Shown here: positions 61,630 to 64,000 of the stretch, piece after piece | How positions within the stretch are numbered: the first letter of the stretch is position 1 | Layout: every line of letters starts with the position of its first letter | Origin: Macrostomum hystrix | Taxonomy: Eukaryota; Animalia; Platyhelminthes | Reading direction: 5' to 3' | Assembly (NCBI GenBank): GCA_950097015.1 | Contig: CATNEN010000039.1 | Coordinates: forward strand, 4,774,001 to 4,838,000 | Length of the DNA: 64,000 bases | Position numbers and translations under genes: made by a program | Notes under the pieces: model-generated | What the model saw: only the letters and a program-made list of their open reading frames with translations | Databases searched by the model: none | Told to the model about the DNA's origin: nothing

Positions 61630-61772
61630 CCACTGAAAATTAGACAACTGATAATTTGACTGCTGACAATTTGATTGCTGACAATTTGATTGCTGACAAT
61701 TTGATTGCTGACAATTTGATTGCTGACAATTTGATTGCTGACAATTTGACGGCTGAAAATTTGACAAATTTA
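61630..61772. repeat. 15-bp repeat (tgacaatttgattgc)
   Basis: Tandem array. Confidence 0.9.
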
Positions 61773-62311
61773 ATGCAGACAATAAGACTGCTGACAACAA
61801 GACTCCAGGCAATTTGACTTACAGATTCGGTAAGCACAAGCAGTTACTGTATCAACTAGCATACATTTCCATCACATAAAAGATTTTCTCTCTCATTTAT
61901 GGTTATGATTATGCGCTATACTCCGTGCCAGACAATCATAATTCATAATTTGTTCTAATGCGATGCTGACATTATTGGCCTTGTCAGAGCCCAAAGCCCA
62001 AAGTTTGGCGTTGGCTCCAAGGATGCAAATTAGATTAAGATATAAATAAAAACAGTTCCGATGCTCTTAGATTGATCGCTTGCCATAACAAAAGTGAGAT
62101 TTCATCGACCTCATTTCTTTGAAATTACGCCGACTTTTTGCAATGAATGTAATACTGATCGATCGATTTTGCTCCTGATAACTAATCAACGGCACTAGTA
62201 GGGCCAATAATTCACAAGCTCACATGCACACAGTGAGATCGGCTAAACTTGAATTAGCCTACTATAAGTAGTCGGATACAATTTCGGAGAAAAATTAAAA
62301 AAAAATACGCG

Positions 62312-62465
62312 AGGGAAAGTTGTAAGGCTTCGGGCGTCTGAGCGAAAGGTTAGGGGTTCGAATCTCATTGGAAACAATTTGTGCCATTGAGCAAGACTCT
62401 AGTAAATTGGATACCAGTACCAGCATGTTGTGGTGGCTAACCCCAGTCCATGGACTGAACAGCAG
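62312..62465 (+). mobile_element. Diverged tRNA-derived SINE copy
   Basis: B box ggttcgaatc, tgtgccattgagcaagactct, ccccagtccatggactgaacagc. Confidence 0.65.
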
Positions 62466-63348
62466 TATGTTCAATGTGTTGGTTGGAACTTCTGTCCTTG
62501 AATTAAGAAATGTGCGTAAAACAAAGCCTATTCAACGCTGAGAGGTTTGCGTCTGTCTAACCGAATGAGACAGCAGGTGTGCTTCTCGCAGTGATGATTT
62601 TTATATTCACGCGGTCAAAGCAGCGGGACAGACTTCTCGAGAGAATCCTAACTGAATGGGAGAACTTGTTACAATTCAAAATGGGGGCATTTAGTGTGTA
62701 GAAAACTAAAATCAAGAGTATCACAATAGTTCAAGGCGGGCTCTGGCGGGTGAGCAACAAAGCGAGAGCAAATTATTTAAAATGGATTTGAGGCTTGCAG
62801 TAAATAAGCAGACGATCTCGAGCAGTTTTCTATAGTTTTTACGCTACGATCTGCATGCAAACTGAGTTGAAGAGTGAACAGAAAGCAAATATGAAAAATG
62901 AAAACCAGGCTTGTCCAGGATAAAAAACTAATACTATTCCTGCTATCAACTGATGTAATCTTACAAGTGAAGGCTGCATCGAAAAAAACTTGGAGAGGCG
63001 AAGCGCAACACCATAAACTTGTTCAAACCAGCCTTCAAATTTTGATTGGTCAACGAGTCCTTCACCTTTAAAACCATTTTGAGTAGCTAGTTAAGGACAA
63101 AACCATCTTATAGCAAGCCCTACTGGTAGGGTATGAATGTCACTGGGTCCTGAGTTCCATATAATTATTTGTAGCGGAGAGAAAGCTTGGGGCTTGTCCA
63201 GCAATTTTCAGAATTCTCTGCATGGTAATCATTTTAGCCCATAGATTACACTGATGCCGCATAGAGTGAAACTCAACGACCAGCTTCAGCCAAGTTCTGG
63301 TGCCGCATAGAATAAAAAAAATTGTTCTTAAAAAAACTAGCTCTCCGG

Positions 63349-63741
63349 TCAGAAGTTATGCACACCCAGTCGAAAGACGTGATTGACAATGGCGAAGCTC
63401 TGGCCAAAGCTGCGCAACACGAAGGTCTCGGTGAATGCCAGCGGCTGTGCGCCGTCATCAACCCGAAGCTGGCCGTTGACAGCAACCAGGACTCCGCGCT
63501 CCACTGGTTGATAATCGGCATTGGTGATGGCCGTGCTGATGTGCTGGAAACCCAGTGATCTGTACTTGGCCATGATGGCCGCTTTGCCCATCAGCTGGGC
63601 GCCCTCATAGGTCAGCATGGCCTGGTCATAGTAGAAATTGGCTAGCTGCTCCCTGTTGCTCTGCAGTGTGGCATAGAATGCCTGAGTGAACTGCTGCCCT
63701 ATCAGGGCAAAGTTCACCGGAAAAGTCTCAAGCTGTAGGGC
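63349..63741 (-). CDS. NTF2: Nuclear transport factor 2; no in-frame ATG at the 5' end, frame begins at a CAG acceptor (ALQLETFPVNFALIGQQF...)
   Basis: IGQQFTQAFYATL..NR..L..FY...AMLTYEG....G...I, DYQP, V.V.GQLRVDD, FTETF.L, NHVFRL. Confidence 0.92.
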   Translation of the reverse strand, partial: ALQLETFPVNFALIGQQFTQAFYATLQSNREQLANFYYDQAMLTYEGAQLMGKAAIMAKYRSLGFQHISTAITNADYQPVERGVLVAVNGQLRVDDGAQPLAFTETFVLRSFGQSFAIVNHVFRLGVHNF

Positions 63742-64000
63742 CTGCAGTGGGTTGAATTTTTAAGCTTTTGATAATTCCATATATAAAAACGTATAGAATC
63801 GCTAAATTCAGTGTTTGTAACTAAACAAAAATTATACCACATTCATAAAAAACTGAAAAGATTTATGAAAAACCCACTACAAGCTACATATATATTTACC
63901 ATATAGGTGGTATAAAATCAAATGATTTGGGGTGGCAGCTGCATAAACTTATTAAATAACCAACAGAGATGAAATAATATGTGAAATTTTTATCCAACAA

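Overview
Eukaryotic (animal) genomic DNA. GC-rich exons sit in AT-rich DNA packed with minisatellites, a texture that suggests a free-living flatworm such as Macrostomum (inferred, not proven). Supported genes: the 5' part of a fucose kinase (-), an SH3BGR-family gene (+), SDHD (+), a DCDC1-like doublecortin/ricin-lectin gene with a 5.66-kb exon (+), a CAAX-type complexin (-), a 3-exon class A peptide GPCR (+), NTF2 (-), and a 3-exon, 72-aa secreted prepropeptide gene (-) that the ORF track does not show as one ORF. A near-identical 8.3-kb tandem duplication (3410-11712 / 11718-20029) has a templated junction insertion. It duplicates the SH3BGR upstream region and first coding exon together with a complete non-autonomous Helitron that carries a nested hAT MITE. 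Also present: a minimal hammerhead ribozyme of the Penelope-associated type, three tRNA-derived SINE copies, other TIR elements, about 20 tandem repeat arrays (many sharing a TGACA core) and a 6.1-kb 13-bp satellite. Most interesting: the candidate neuropeptide precursor head-to-head with a peptide GPCR, two genes (NTF2, SDHD) whose frames open in phase 0 right at a splice acceptor as expected if a flatworm spliced leader supplies the AUG, and the hammerhead.
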